From Candidatus Spongiisociaceae bacterium (GTDB taxonomy: Bacteria > Actinomycetota > Acidimicrobiia > Spongiisociales > Spongiisociaceae): a DNA stretch of 64,000 nucleotides. This document shows positions 9,498 to 19,502 of the stretch, in pieces. A program made the position numbers and the translations under genes. Below the pieces are notes generated by a model. It was not told the DNA's origin. It did not search any database and saw only the letters and a program-made list of their open reading frames with translations. Within the stretch, counting starts at the first letter, position 1. Each line of letters starts with the position of its first letter. The stretch is from contig OZ253564.1 in the NCBI GenBank assembly GCA_965262915.1, forward strand, positions 2,208,001 to 2,272,000, in the 5' to 3' direction.

Positions 9498-11610
9498 TGC
9501 GGCGCTCCGCGGGTCGGATGGTCGGGCTTTGTCGCGCGCTTTCCCGTCCGGCACGGGACCACCAGGTGTCCTCCCCGTGCAGGGCCAGCCCGCGGCAGAG
9601 CGCCATCCTGACCCCCGCCACCATCGAGTTGGCCAGCTCGTCGGGCCGCGAGATCACCTGGTGGTAACGGTAGGCGGCGACGACGGTGTCGTCCCCCACC
9701 CCGATCCCCAGTACCGTGGTGCCATTCCCGTCCACCTCCTCGACCGATCGGGCCAGCGCCTCCACTGATCCCCGGGTCATCCCGTCGGCCAGCACCACCA
9801 GTACCCGCACATGAGCGCCGTGGTTGGCGAGGCGCTCGGCGGCGTAGGTGACGTTGAACTCGTCGACGTTGGCGGCCTTCTCGAAGAGCGACACCGGCGG
9901 CGTCTCCCTGGGCGCCCGGCGGGCCTCGAGGCCGGCCTCTCCGGTCTTGGCCGCGGTCCAGAATAGCCCTGCCAGGACATCGTCGGACCGCCTCCACGGT
10001 TCGTTGAAACTCGAGAGCAGGTAGTGGTTGACCGTCGAGGTGAGCCGGTCGGCGGCCGTGCCGTGGGACTGCCGCAACTCGCTGATGGCCGCGGTCCGGC
10101 GGCGCGAGTAGGTCCACTCGGTGTCGTCGACACGGGCCGCGAACGCCCTGTTGAAGAGGGCCACCTCGAAGTCGACCTGGAGTTCGTTGCACATGGCCGC
10201 CAGCGTCCAAGCCCCCAACATTGCGGCGGCCAGGCCCCACGGACGCCGGTCGCGGGGCGCCGCAAGGCGGCGGGGTTGCAGCATGGACGCCGAACCGTCC
10301 ACCAGCACGCTCACCGCATACGACCGGCGCGTCGAGATGGAGCGGCGTTCGAACATGCGCTCGTATAGGCCGCCTCCGAGCAGGAGCGCCGCGTGAGGTG
10401 AGAGGTCTCCCGCGTCGAACCCCGACCGCAGGCCGCGCCGTTGGTTGGCCACGAACAGGGGATAGAGCTCGCCCGACACATGGCGCTGGTCGACACTCCA
10501 CTCACGGGCTGCTTCCTCCAGGGCTGTCCTACCACGGGCCGCGAAGCGACGGAACGGTTCGGGTACCCTGCCCACCGCCAGCTTTCCGCTCTGGCCGGTC
10601 GGCAGGTACACGACAGGGGCCTGGCTGACCCTGAGCAGCTGGTCCGTACCCTCGCCCGATGCCCGGTCCAGCTCGGCCGGTCTGCCGTTCGGGCCGGTCT
10701 GCCGCTCGGCCCCGCGGCGGGTCTCGCGGTAGCGCTCCGCGTCCTGGACGATCGGCGAGAACAGGCGCACCCGGTCGAGCCCCTCCGTCATCGCCTCAGC
10801 CTGGGCCTCCTCACGCTCGCGTTGCCTCGAGGGTTGCTCGTCGGGTCGGCTCCCGTAGACGAGACCGTGTACCTCGGCGACCGTCAGCAGCCGCATCGCC
10901 AGGTCGGCCACTTCCCAGGGGTCGTCGGCTGCAGCAGCCTTCTCGAGGATTCCCATGGCGTCGCGCCAGGCGGCGCCGGAGCGGGCGTCGAGGCGGCGCT
11001 CGAGTAGGCCGTCGTCCAGATACCCGCCCACCGTCATGAAGCACGCCACCGCGAAGCGGGCGAGCGGGCCGTGACGGCTCAGGGCGCCTGTGAGGGAGGC
11101 CCGGTAGAGATCCTCGAGAACCGAGCGGGCGCCCGGATAGTACGCCAGGCCCTGCCGTTCCTGGCGGGCGTCCTCGATGGCGAAGAACAGCGCCTCTGCC
11201 GGTGGACCACCCGCCCGGTCCAGAGCTTCGAGAAGGGTGAGCTCTTCCTCAGCGGGAGAATCGGCGCTGTCCGGTAGCCAGTCGCCGGGGAGGGATCGGC
11301 GCTCATCGAAGTCCGACGAGACCAGATGCACGACCTCGTGGAGGGCGGAAGCCAGAGCCGTCTCCTCGGGTGTCACCGGCGCCCGCCGGCCGTAGGCGGC
11401 CTGGAACAGGCCGGGGTCGATCACCACCTCGTGTTCGGAGGCCCGGCTCGAAGCGCCCAGCACCACGCGCAACTCCTCCTGTCCGGTCAGCGTGCGAGCC
11501 ACTCTGGTGACGGCGCTCGCCACGCGCTGGTAGCGCTCCACGACCGCCTCGATGGCCCGCCCCTCCGGAGGGAGGATCTCGGTGAGGAGCGATCTATCCC
11601 TTGGTACCAC
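9490..11610 (-). CDS. vWA-domain protein (CobT/NorD-like) with N-terminal HExxH
   Basis: ALHEVVH, IEDARQE, VLVDGSASM MIDAS, VVLADG, GIGVG. Confidence 0.8.
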   Translation of the reverse strand: MVPRDRSLLTEILPPEGRAIEAVVERYQRVASAVTRVARTLTGQEELRVVLGASSRASEHEVVIDPGLFQAAYGRRAPVTPEETALASALHEVVHLVSSDFDERRSLPGDWLPDSADSPAEEELTLLEALDRAGGPPAEALFFAIEDARQERQGLAYYPGARSVLEDLYRASLTGALSRHGPLARFAVACFMTVGGYLDDGLLERRLDARSGAAWRDAMGILEKAAAADDPWEVADLAMRLLTVAEVHGLVYGSRPDEQPSRQREREEAQAEAMTEGLDRVRLFSPIVQDAERYRETRRGAERQTGPNGRPAELDRASGEGTDQLLRVSQAPVVYLPTGQSGKLAVGRVPEPFRRFAARGRTALEEAAREWSVDQRHVSGELYPLFVANQRRGLRSGFDAGDLSPHAALLLGGGLYERMFERRSISTRRSYAVSVLVDGSASMLQPRRLAAPRDRRPWGLAAAMLGAWTLAAMCNELQVDFEVALFNRAFAARVDDTEWTYSRRRTAAISELRQSHGTAADRLTSTVNHYLLSSFNEPWRRSDDVLAGLFWTAAKTGEAGLEARRAPRETPPVSLFEKAANVDEFNVTYAAERLANHGAHVRVLVVLADGMTRGSVEALARSVEEVDGNGTTVLGIGVGDDTVVAAYRYHQVISRPDELANSMVAGVRMALCRGLALHGEDTWWSRAGRESARQSPTIRPAERRSA

Positions 11611-11671
11611 AACCCTTTATTGTTGCATACGGTCGCCGACCGGAGGAGTCGCTCCCGAGAGTCTATCCTCA

Positions 11672-11770
11672 GGAGGGTGCTCAGAAACGGTCAACTGGTT
11701 GGCCCGTCATCCGCCCACGTGGCATTTTGTCGTCGACCGCCGGGCCAACCGGGGTTATCGACCACCCCCC
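11672..11770. mobile_element. MITE-like element, copy 1
   Basis: GGAGGGTGCTCAGAAAC...GTTATCGACCACCCCCC imperfect TIRs; clearly similar to 25357-25456. Confidence 0.65.
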
Positions 11771-12595
11771 TCAGGCCACCACGATCGCCAGCAGGGCAAC
11801 CACGCCCAGGCCGTACACCGCCAGTGCCCGCAGCACCGGGGCTCTGGGACCGTAGGGGATCCGCTGCCACATCGAAACGATGATCATCCCCGCCACCAGA
11901 CCGCCCACATGCGCTTCCCAGGCGATGCCGGGGACGAGGAGCGGCAGGGCCAGGTTGATGGCAAGGAGGAGGAGAAGGCGACGGAACTGGGCGCCTCCGT
12001 GGGGGGTATGGCGTAGCGGGTAGGTCCCGATCAGCACCGCTCCGAACAAGCCGAAGATGGCGCCGGACGCTCCCACGGCCCCTCCGTCGGAGAGGTACTG
12101 GAAGGCGACGGCCCCCGAGACGGCCGAGGCTAGGTAGAGCCCGACGAAGGACACCGTGCCCACCTGCCGCTCCAGCCGCGGTCCGAACAGGTACAGGGCG
12201 TACATGTTGAACACTATGTGCAGCACCGATCCGCGGGAGTGCAGGAACGCCGCCGTGACGGCCCGCCACCATTCCCCGTACCGGACGGCCTCGGTGATAT
12301 GGGCGTAGTCGATAGTGAACTGCACGTTCTGCCGCTGTACCAGGTAGGCGACTACCGAGACCACCATGATGACCAGCACCGCTGGCGTGATCCCGGTGGC
12401 GAGCCGCCGGGCGTTCACCACCCTGGTGGCCCGGCTACCGCGACTGCAGTCGGGACACCGCTGCCCGACGGGAGAGTCGTGCGAGCAGAACGGGCAGATC
12501 GGCTTGTCACAGCGCGAGCACCTCAGGGAGGTGCTTCGATCCGGGTGCCGGTAGCACCGCATCGAATCGGAGGGCGACACCGTTCCGCTGTCCAT
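11771..12595 (-). CDS. Rhomboid intramembrane serine protease with N-terminal zinc finger
   Basis: CYRHPDR..CSRCDKPICPFC; WWR, HIVFNM, GASGAIFG, AHVGG. Confidence 0.92.
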   Translation of the reverse strand: MDSGTVSPSDSMRCYRHPDRSTSLRCSRCDKPICPFCSHDSPVGQRCPDCSRGSRATRVVNARRLATGITPAVLVIMVVSVVAYLVQRQNVQFTIDYAHITEAVRYGEWWRAVTAAFLHSRGSVLHIVFNMYALYLFGPRLERQVGTVSFVGLYLASAVSGAVAFQYLSDGGAVGASGAIFGLFGAVLIGTYPLRHTPHGGAQFRRLLLLLAINLALPLLVPGIAWEAHVGGLVAGMIIVSMWQRIPYGPRAPVLRALAVYGLGVVALLAIVVA

Positions 12596-12770
12596 CCGCC
12601 CCATTCTACGAGGTCGGCGGACCATTGATACCGGGTGCCGGAAGCCGGGGCGACCCGTGCGGATGCGCACGGGGGTACCCTCAGGATTCCTATGGGCGCC
12701 GACACCCCGGAGGCGGAGGTACGTCCGTGCCCGGCACTCTATGATGAACGGGACGAGCGGCTGGTATACG

Positions 12771-14165
12771 ATGTTCACCGAGATGCGTGTACGCAACTTC
12801 AAGTCCTGGGAGGACAGCGGACTGATCCGGCTGGCGCCCGTTACCGGGCTCTTCGGAACCAACAGCTCGGGCAAGACGAGCCTCCTTCAGGCCTTGCTGC
12901 TTCTGAAGCAGACCACCGAGTCAGCCGATCGGAAGCAGGTGCTCAACCTCGGAGACAAACGGTCTCCTACGTCTTTGGGTCTAATCGGAGACGTGATACA
13001 CGGTCACGATTCGAAGTCACGTCTCGAATTCGAGTTCTCGTGGCGCAGCATGGAGCCTGTCGAGGCTTCCGACCCTGCCAATCCGGGGTCCAACCTTTTC
13101 AGCGAATCCGAGCTGTCTTTTCGTACACTTGTTGCAGTCCGGAACGGGACACAACGCGTCGAGGAGTTCGCATACAAGACAGGTGCTGCGCGGGTCGAAT
13201 TCTCTCGCCGACAAAGACAGAAGCGTAAGAGCCCGGAGTACGATCTGAAGGCGACCGTAAACGGCGATACCGGCTACCTGAAGCGGATCCAGGGTCGGGC
13301 GTGGGGTCTACCGCCGCCCGTCAAGTGCTACGGCTTCCCCGACGAGGCATTCGCCTACTTCCAGAACTCTGCTTTCGTCAACGCGTTCGAGTTGGCGCTC
13401 GAGCGACAGTTCGGCAACTCGTTGTTCTATCTCGGTCCGCTACGCCAGAACCCGGCCCGCTCATACCGGTGGCAAGGCTCGACTCCTTCTAGCGTCGGAG
13501 CGGAGGGTGAGCGCGCAATCGAGGCACTCCTGGCATCCGGGCGCCGACCGAGGAAGGAATGGATCGCGCGGGAACTCAAGTCGAACGGGCACGCCAAGAA
13601 GCTGTTCCTTGTCGAGGACGTGGTGTCTCAATGGCTTCGGGAGATGAAGCTGGTTCGATCCTTCTACCTGGAGCGAATAGCCGAAGATGCCGATATCTAC
13701 CGAGTACGGATCAAACGCTCGTCCGATTCGGCCGAGGTCCTGCTTCCTGACGTGGGATTCGGTGTATCGCAGGTGCTCCCCGTCCTCGTTCTTCTCGCCT
13801 GTGTTCCCAAGACTTCGGTGGTGATACTCGAACAGCCGGAACTGCACCTTCACCCGGCGGTACAAGCCGCGCTGGCCGACGTCATCCTCGAGACCGCACG
13901 CGTGGGTCGTGCCCAGGTCATCGTTGAGAGCCATAGCGAGTACTTACTGAGGAGGCTCCAACGCAGGGTTGCCGAGCGTGCGGTCTCGAAGGAGGACATC
14001 GCGCTGTATTTCTGCGATCACGATGATCGTCGATCGAGTATCGAACGTCTCGATCTCAACATGTTCGGTCAGATCGACAACTGGCCATCCGGATTCTTCG
14101 GTGACCCCATCGGGGAAGCGGTTGCGATGGTCGAAGCAGGGGCGAAACGTGCAGCAATCCCATGA
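12771..14165 (+). CDS. ABC-type AAA ATPase (AAA_21/AAA_15 with DUF3696-like C-terminus)
   Basis: VRNFKSW, GTNSSGKTS, DVGFGVSQVLP, LEQPELHLHP, ESHSE, WPSGFF. Confidence 0.85.
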   Translation: MFTEMRVRNFKSWEDSGLIRLAPVTGLFGTNSSGKTSLLQALLLLKQTTESADRKQVLNLGDKRSPTSLGLIGDVIHGHDSKSRLEFEFSWRSMEPVEASDPANPGSNLFSESELSFRTLVAVRNGTQRVEEFAYKTGAARVEFSRRQRQKRKSPEYDLKATVNGDTGYLKRIQGRAWGLPPPVKCYGFPDEAFAYFQNSAFVNAFELALERQFGNSLFYLGPLRQNPARSYRWQGSTPSSVGAEGERAIEALLASGRRPRKEWIARELKSNGHAKKLFLVEDVVSQWLREMKLVRSFYLERIAEDADIYRVRIKRSSDSAEVLLPDVGFGVSQVLPVLVLLACVPKTSVVILEQPELHLHPAVQAALADVILETARVGRAQVIVESHSEYLLRRLQRRVAERAVSKEDIALYFCDHDDRRSSIERLDLNMFGQIDNWPSGFFGDPIGEAVAMVEAGAKRAAIP

Positions 14166-14644
14166 GGCATTCTGTGATCGACACCAATGTTTTGGTTGTC
14201 GCGAGCGGTCGCGCCGATCACGCGGACGACACGTGTCGCCTCCGTTCTGCGAGAGCTCTACTCGAAGTGGAGAGGAAACGCTCGCTCGTGCTGGATTGGG
14301 GCTGGGAAATCCTCCGGGAGTATTCGAGACACGTGAGCGTCGTTGGCGAACCTGAGGCAGGGGACCGCTTCTTCCAATGGGCGGCCTCATCCGCCCACAT
14401 ACGCCGTGTCAGTATCAACGAACACCCCGATCGCGCCTACCGCGAATTCCCGAGCGACCCACGGCTCGAGCGATTCGACTGGAGTGCTCGCAAGTTCGTG
14501 GCTGCGACGGTCTCGTCGGGCACGGAAGATACCGAACTGGTCAACGCTGTCGACTCCGACTACTCCCTCCATCGGACCGCTTTGAAGGACGCAGGCGTGT
14601 CGGTGAACGAACTATGTCCGAGTCTGATTGAAAGAACCCGGTAG
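14162..14644 (+). CDS. PIN-like domain protein coupled to the AAA ATPase
   Basis: VIDTNVLVVA N-terminal PIN motif, EILREY, NAVDSDY; ATGA overlap. Confidence 0.6.
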   Translation: MRHSVIDTNVLVVASGRADHADDTCRLRSARALLEVERKRSLVLDWGWEILREYSRHVSVVGEPEAGDRFFQWAASSAHIRRVSINEHPDRAYREFPSDPRLERFDWSARKFVAATVSSGTEDTELVNAVDSDYSLHRTALKDAGVSVNELCPSLIERTR

Positions 14645-14700
14645 CGGGTGTCGAGCATACTCGGCTGGAGGGTGCTTCTCGCCCTGTACCATCGTCCTCC

Positions 14701-15951
14701 GTGCAGGTAGAGGTTTCGAGTACGTCCACCGGGATGACGGTGGTCACCGAGTCCGTTCCGGGAGTCCGGTCGGTGGCCATTGGGTGCTGGGTGGACACGG
14801 GGAGCCGTGACGAGCGTCCCAACGAGGCGGGGGCCGCCCATTTCCTGGAGCACCTGCTCTTCAAGGGTTCGGAGAGGCTGTCGGCCCGCGACATCTCCGA
14901 GACGTTCGACGCCATCGGAGCGCAGAGCAACGCGTTCACGTCCAAGGAGTACACGTGTTTCTGGGCGCGGATGCTCGACAGCGAGCTCAGCACCGGTCTC
15001 GAGCTGCTCGCCGAGATGCTCCAGCGTCCGGCCTTCCGGCCCGACGAGATCGACTCCGAACGGCGGGTGGTGATCGAAGAGATAAACATGAACGAGGACG
15101 ATCCTTCCGATGTAGCGGTGGAGACCTTCATCAGAACCATGTTTCTCGGACACCCGTTGGGGCTTCCGGTGCTGGGAACCCGCGACTCCATCGGGGACAT
15201 GAGCCGTGACGACATCGACGGGTACTGGCGACGCCGGTACGGATCAGGAACGGTTGTGGTGGCGGTGGCGGGAAACACGGAACACCGCCGCGTATCGGAT
15301 CTGGTGCAGGAACTGTTCGACTCGTGGAGTGCCGGGGACGGCAGCCACGACCTGGCGCCGCCGGCGATCGAATCGCGGGTGCAGGTGGTCCGGAGGGATA
15401 CCGAGCAGATACATCTCGTCTACGGAGGGGAGTCGATCAACAGGACCGACGACGCCCGGTTGGCCGACGGGGTGCTCCATCACATCCTGGGCGGTGGAAT
15501 GTCGTCACGCCTGTTCCAGAAGATCCGGGAGGAGCGCGGCCTGGCGTACGCGGTCCACAGCTTCTCGATGCGCTTCGCGGAGACGGGCGCATGGGGGGTC
15601 TACGTGGGGACCACTCCGGCCACGGCCCACACCGTGATGGAGATCCTCACCGAGGAGATCGAGCGCATGATGTCGGAGGGGGTCACCGAAGCCGAGTTGG
15701 AGCGGGCCAAGGGCCACATGCGGGGTGGGCTGGCCCTGTCCATGGAGGACACCAACACCCGCATGATCCGTCTGGGCCGCAACCAGATCTTCGGCCTGCC
15801 GAACCTGTCCCTCGACGAGCGGCTGGCCCGCATCGAGTCGATCACGAGGTCCGACATCGCGGAGAGCGCCAACCGCGTCATGGAGGGTCCCCGCGTCATG
15901 GGGGCGGTGGGACCGTTCGAGAGCGGTGAGTTCGAGGGGTACCTGACATGA
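14701..15951 (+). CDS. M16 family zinc peptidase
   Basis: HFLEHLLFKG inverted zinc motif, NAFTSKE, SSRLFQKIREERGLAY. Confidence 0.95.
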   Translation: MQVEVSSTSTGMTVVTESVPGVRSVAIGCWVDTGSRDERPNEAGAAHFLEHLLFKGSERLSARDISETFDAIGAQSNAFTSKEYTCFWARMLDSELSTGLELLAEMLQRPAFRPDEIDSERRVVIEEINMNEDDPSDVAVETFIRTMFLGHPLGLPVLGTRDSIGDMSRDDIDGYWRRRYGSGTVVVAVAGNTEHRRVSDLVQELFDSWSAGDGSHDLAPPAIESRVQVVRRDTEQIHLVYGGESINRTDDARLADGVLHHILGGGMSSRLFQKIREERGLAYAVHSFSMRFAETGAWGVYVGTTPATAHTVMEILTEEIERMMSEGVTEAELERAKGHMRGGLALSMEDTNTRMIRLGRNQIFGLPNLSLDERLARIESITRSDIAESANRVMEGPRVMGAVGPFESGEFEGYLT

Positions 15952-16718
15952 TATCGGTGGGCATCTCCGGAGCGCCGGGCCGGATGGGCCGCCTCTCCCT
16001 GGCCGCCCTGCTCCCTCTGGATGACCTTTCGGTAGGAGGCCTCTATGGCCCGGGCCACGATGGTGAGGAAATCCTGGGCCATACCTGCTCGGGGGACGCC
16101 GAGGCGCTCGGAGGATGCGACGTGATCCTGGAGTTCACCAATCCCGGGGTCGCCCCGTCCAACGTGAGCCGCTGGAGGTCGTTCGACGCCCACGTGGTCA
16201 TCGGCACGTCCGGGTACGACACCGGACGGCTTGCCGCGCTCGAGGACGAGTGGGCCGGCGCTACCCGCAGGTGCCTGGTGGTACCGAACTTCTCGATCGG
16301 CGCGGTCCTGATGATGCAGTTCGCCGAGCTGGCGGCGCCCCACTTTCCCTCGGCTGAGATCATCGAGTTGCACCACGAGGACAAGCCGGATGCTCCGTCG
16401 GGCACTTCGCTCAATACGGCTGCCCGCATGGGATCGGCCCGCAGGAGAGCCGCGGTGGAGCCTCACGGGCGCGGGGGGGAGTCGGTGCCCGGCGCCCTGG
16501 GTGCGCAGGTGGAGGGGGTGGCGATCCATTCCGTGCGAGCCCACGGTTTCGTCGCCCACCAGGAGGTGATACTCGGCGGAACCGGCGAGTACCTGACCAT
16601 CCGCCACGACACCACCGACTATGCCGCCTTCACGCCCGGCATCGTCCTGGCGCTGCGAACGGTGCCGTCGCTGGAGAGGGCCGTGACGGTAGGACTCGAA
16701 TCGATCCTGGGTATCTGA
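15948..16718 (+). CDS. dapB: 4-hydroxy-tetrahydrodipicolinate reductase
   Basis: GAPGRMG, PNFSIG, ELHHEDKPDAPSGT. Confidence 0.95.
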   Translation: MISVGISGAPGRMGRLSLAALLPLDDLSVGGLYGPGHDGEEILGHTCSGDAEALGGCDVILEFTNPGVAPSNVSRWRSFDAHVVIGTSGYDTGRLAALEDEWAGATRRCLVVPNFSIGAVLMMQFAELAAPHFPSAEIIELHHEDKPDAPSGTSLNTAARMGSARRRAAVEPHGRGGESVPGALGAQVEGVAIHSVRAHGFVAHQEVILGGTGEYLTIRHDTTDYAAFTPGIVLALRTVPSLERAVTVGLESILGI

Positions 16719-16904
16719 CCGGCAATACCGCCGGTCTGTCTGTGAAATCGCGGCGTGGCATGGCCGGAGGCGGCGTTCCTCGCAAAGGCCCGCCGACGAA
16801 GGCGTACCCGCAGCGGTACGGCTGCGGCGTAGCCTCTAAGCTTGGGGAGGATCCGGGCTCGGCTTGTACACCCCGGACGCTACGAACCGTGGAAGGAAGG
16901 GAAC

Positions 16905-17786
16905 ATGGGCCCGTTCGGTGGGTTGCTCACCGCCATGATCACCCCGTTCGCCGCCGACGGATCGGTCGACTACGACCGGATGGCGCGCCTCGCCAAGCAC
17001 CTGGTGAACAACGGGCACGACGGTCTGCTGGTGACCGGGACGACCGGCGAATCCCCCACCCTCACCGATGCCGAGAAGCTGGCTCTGTACTCGACGGTTG
17101 TCGAGGCGGTGGGCCACAAGGCGGCGGTGGTGGCCGGCACCGGAACCTACGACACCCATCACTCCATCGAACTGTCGGTACGCGCCGCGGAGTTGGGGGT
17201 GGACGGGCTGATGGCGGTGACCCCTTACTACTCCAGGCCGCCCCAGCACGGCCTGTTAGCCCACTTCACGGCCATAGCGGACGCCACCGACCTGCCACTG
17301 ATCGTATACAACATTCCCGGCCGTACCGCCCGGTTGATCGAAGCCGAGACCCTGGCGGAGATGGCCGATCATCCCAACATCGCCGCCACCAAGGACGCCG
17401 TGGGCGACCTCGAGTACACCAAGGCCAGCCTCGAGTTGCTCCCCGACGACTTCCTCCTGTATTCGGGTGACGACTCGGCAACCCTTCCGATGCTCGAGCT
17501 CGGGGGTGTCGGTGTGATCTCGGTGGCCGGCCATTTCGCGGGACGGCAGATCAAGCGGATGATCGAGGCGCACGACGCCGGGGATGCCGCCGAGGCATGG
17601 CGCCTCCACGACGGCTTGACACCGCTGTTCGACGCCTGTTTCGTCGAGCCCAACCCGATGCCCACCAAGGCCGGTCTCAATGCATTGTGGGAGCCGGTCG
17701 GTGATCCGAGGCTTCCGTTGGTGCCGGCCTCGTCGGATACACGTGACGCGGTGGTGGCCGCGGTAGGGGCGGCGCAGGAGTTGTGA
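16905..17786 (+). CDS. dapA: 4-hydroxy-tetrahydrodipicolinate synthase
   Basis: TAMITPF, GTTGESPTL, YNIPGRT, KDA, SGDD. Confidence 0.95.
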   Translation: MGPFGGLLTAMITPFAADGSVDYDRMARLAKHLVNNGHDGLLVTGTTGESPTLTDAEKLALYSTVVEAVGHKAAVVAGTGTYDTHHSIELSVRAAELGVDGLMAVTPYYSRPPQHGLLAHFTAIADATDLPLIVYNIPGRTARLIEAETLAEMADHPNIAATKDAVGDLEYTKASLELLPDDFLLYSGDDSATLPMLELGGVGVISVAGHFAGRQIKRMIEAHDAGDAAEAWRLHDGLTPLFDACFVEPNPMPTKAGLNALWEPVGDPRLPLVPASSDTRDAVVAAVGAAQEL

Positions 17787-19435
17787 GCGTCCGAGTCACA
17801 TTTCTCGGCGGTCTCGGCGAGATCGGCCGGAATTGCGCCGCCATCGAGATCGACGGCCGGATCGCGCTGATCGACTGCGGTCTCATGTTCCCCGAAGAGG
17901 ACATGTGGGGGGTGGACCTCGTGCTGCCGGACTGGCGGTGGCTGCTCGAGCGCCGCGAGGACATCCGATGCGTGGTGCTGACCCACGGACACGAGGATCA
18001 CATGGGCGGGCTGGGGTACTTCTTGGAGGAAGTACCGGTTCCGGTCTTCGGGACCCGCTTGTCGTTGGCCATCGCAGCGGGACGGGTGGACGAGATGCGT
18101 GTCGACAAGGACTTCCGCCCGATTCCTGACGGTCGATGGGTGATGGAGGGGCCTTTCACCTTCCAGCTCATCCCGGTATCCCATTCGGTGCCGGAGGGGA
18201 GCGGGGTGGTGTTCGACACGCCGGAGGGCCTGATCGTCCACACCGGGGACTTCAAGCTCGATCCCACTCCCGTGGACGGCCGGCGTACCGACCTTCCCAC
18301 CTTCGCCCGATACGGTCGCGAGGGGGTTCGCCTGCTGCTCTCGGATTCGACCAATGCAGAGCGGGAGGGTGTCGTCCCGTCGGAGAAGTCCCTCGGACCG
18401 TCGATCCGGGCCATCGTCCAGCAAGCCCCCGGCCGGGTCATAAGCACCTGCTTCTCGAGCCATCTCCACCGGGTCCAGCAGCTGGCCGATGCCGGCCTGG
18501 ATTCCGATCGTTACGTGAGTTTCATCGGCCGGTCCATGGAGCGCAACGTCCGGATCGGGCTCGACCTGGGTGTCCTCCACCTGCCTCAGGAGCGCGTACT
18601 CAAGATCGGGGAGGCGATGGACGTGCCCCACGACGAGGTCATGATCGTCACCACCGGGTCACAGGGCGAACCTTTCTCGGCCCTTTCCCTCATGGCCGCC
18701 GGCCGGCACCGGTGGGTCAAGCTGGACCAGACGGATACGGTGCTCATCTCGGCTAGGCCGATTCCCGGTAACGAGACGGCCGTCTCGCGGGTCATCTCCG
18801 ATCTGACCCGGAGCGGGGCCAGGGTGTTCCACGGGCGAAACGCGAACGTCCACGTCTCCGGGCACGCCACCGCCGAGGAACTCAAGACCTTCCTCAACGT
18901 GGTACGTCCCTCCACCCTCGTGCCCGTACACGGCGAGTACCGCCACCTCAGCGCCCACGCCGATCTCGCCGAGGAGATGGGGGTACCCGAGGTACTGGTG
19001 CTCGAGGACGGCGACGCGGTGATCCTCGAAGACGGGCTCACCCGGGTGGAGCGCGACTCGGTCCCGGCGGGATACGTGTATGTCGACGGCGCCGGTGTCG
19101 GAGATATCCGCGAGTCGCTGCTGCGGGAGCGTGCCCGGTTGGGGGACGACGGGGTGGTGGTCGTATCCCTGACCCTCGATCCGGACACCCGCAGGCTGGT
19201 CGGTACGCCCCGACTGATCAGCCACGGGTTCACGGACGATGCGTCGATGGTGCTGGACGAAGTGGCCGGGGCGGTCCGGGCCGCCGCTGCGGAGGATCGT
19301 CGTCGATTCGGGAAGGACGCTGCCGCGGCTGTCCGGCAGGTGGCCCGCAAGGTGATCAAGGCCGAGACGGGTCGCCGTCCGGTGATCCTGCCGATGATCG
19401 CCGGTCTCGAACAGAGCCGCCGCCGGCGCCGGTAG
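17783..19435 (+). CDS. rnj: Ribonuclease J
   Basis: GGLGEIGRN, THGHEDH, HTGDFK, TGSQGEP, HVSGH, PVHGE. Confidence 0.97.
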   Translation: MSVRVTFLGGLGEIGRNCAAIEIDGRIALIDCGLMFPEEDMWGVDLVLPDWRWLLERREDIRCVVLTHGHEDHMGGLGYFLEEVPVPVFGTRLSLAIAAGRVDEMRVDKDFRPIPDGRWVMEGPFTFQLIPVSHSVPEGSGVVFDTPEGLIVHTGDFKLDPTPVDGRRTDLPTFARYGREGVRLLLSDSTNAEREGVVPSEKSLGPSIRAIVQQAPGRVISTCFSSHLHRVQQLADAGLDSDRYVSFIGRSMERNVRIGLDLGVLHLPQERVLKIGEAMDVPHDEVMIVTTGSQGEPFSALSLMAAGRHRWVKLDQTDTVLISARPIPGNETAVSRVISDLTRSGARVFHGRNANVHVSGHATAEELKTFLNVVRPSTLVPVHGEYRHLSAHADLAEEMGVPEVLVLEDGDAVILEDGLTRVERDSVPAGYVYVDGAGVGDIRESLLRERARLGDDGVVVVSLTLDPDTRRLVGTPRLISHGFTDDASMVLDEVAGAVRAAAAEDRRRFGKDAAAAVRQVARKVIKAETGRRPVILPMIAGLEQSRRRRR

Positions 19436-19502
19436 TGCCGGATAGCCGTCGGGCGCAGGGTCGTTGAGTGGTCCGGGTCGTTGGTGTAATGTTACTCGGC
19501 AC

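Noticed and set aside
8490-11610. Assignment as cobaltochelatase cobS/cobT
   Set aside because: Architecture is similar, but there are no cobalamin genes nearby and the Walker motifs deviate.
16719-16904. Lysine riboswitch upstream of dapA
   Set aside because: Conserved L-box core motifs and a terminator were not recognisable.
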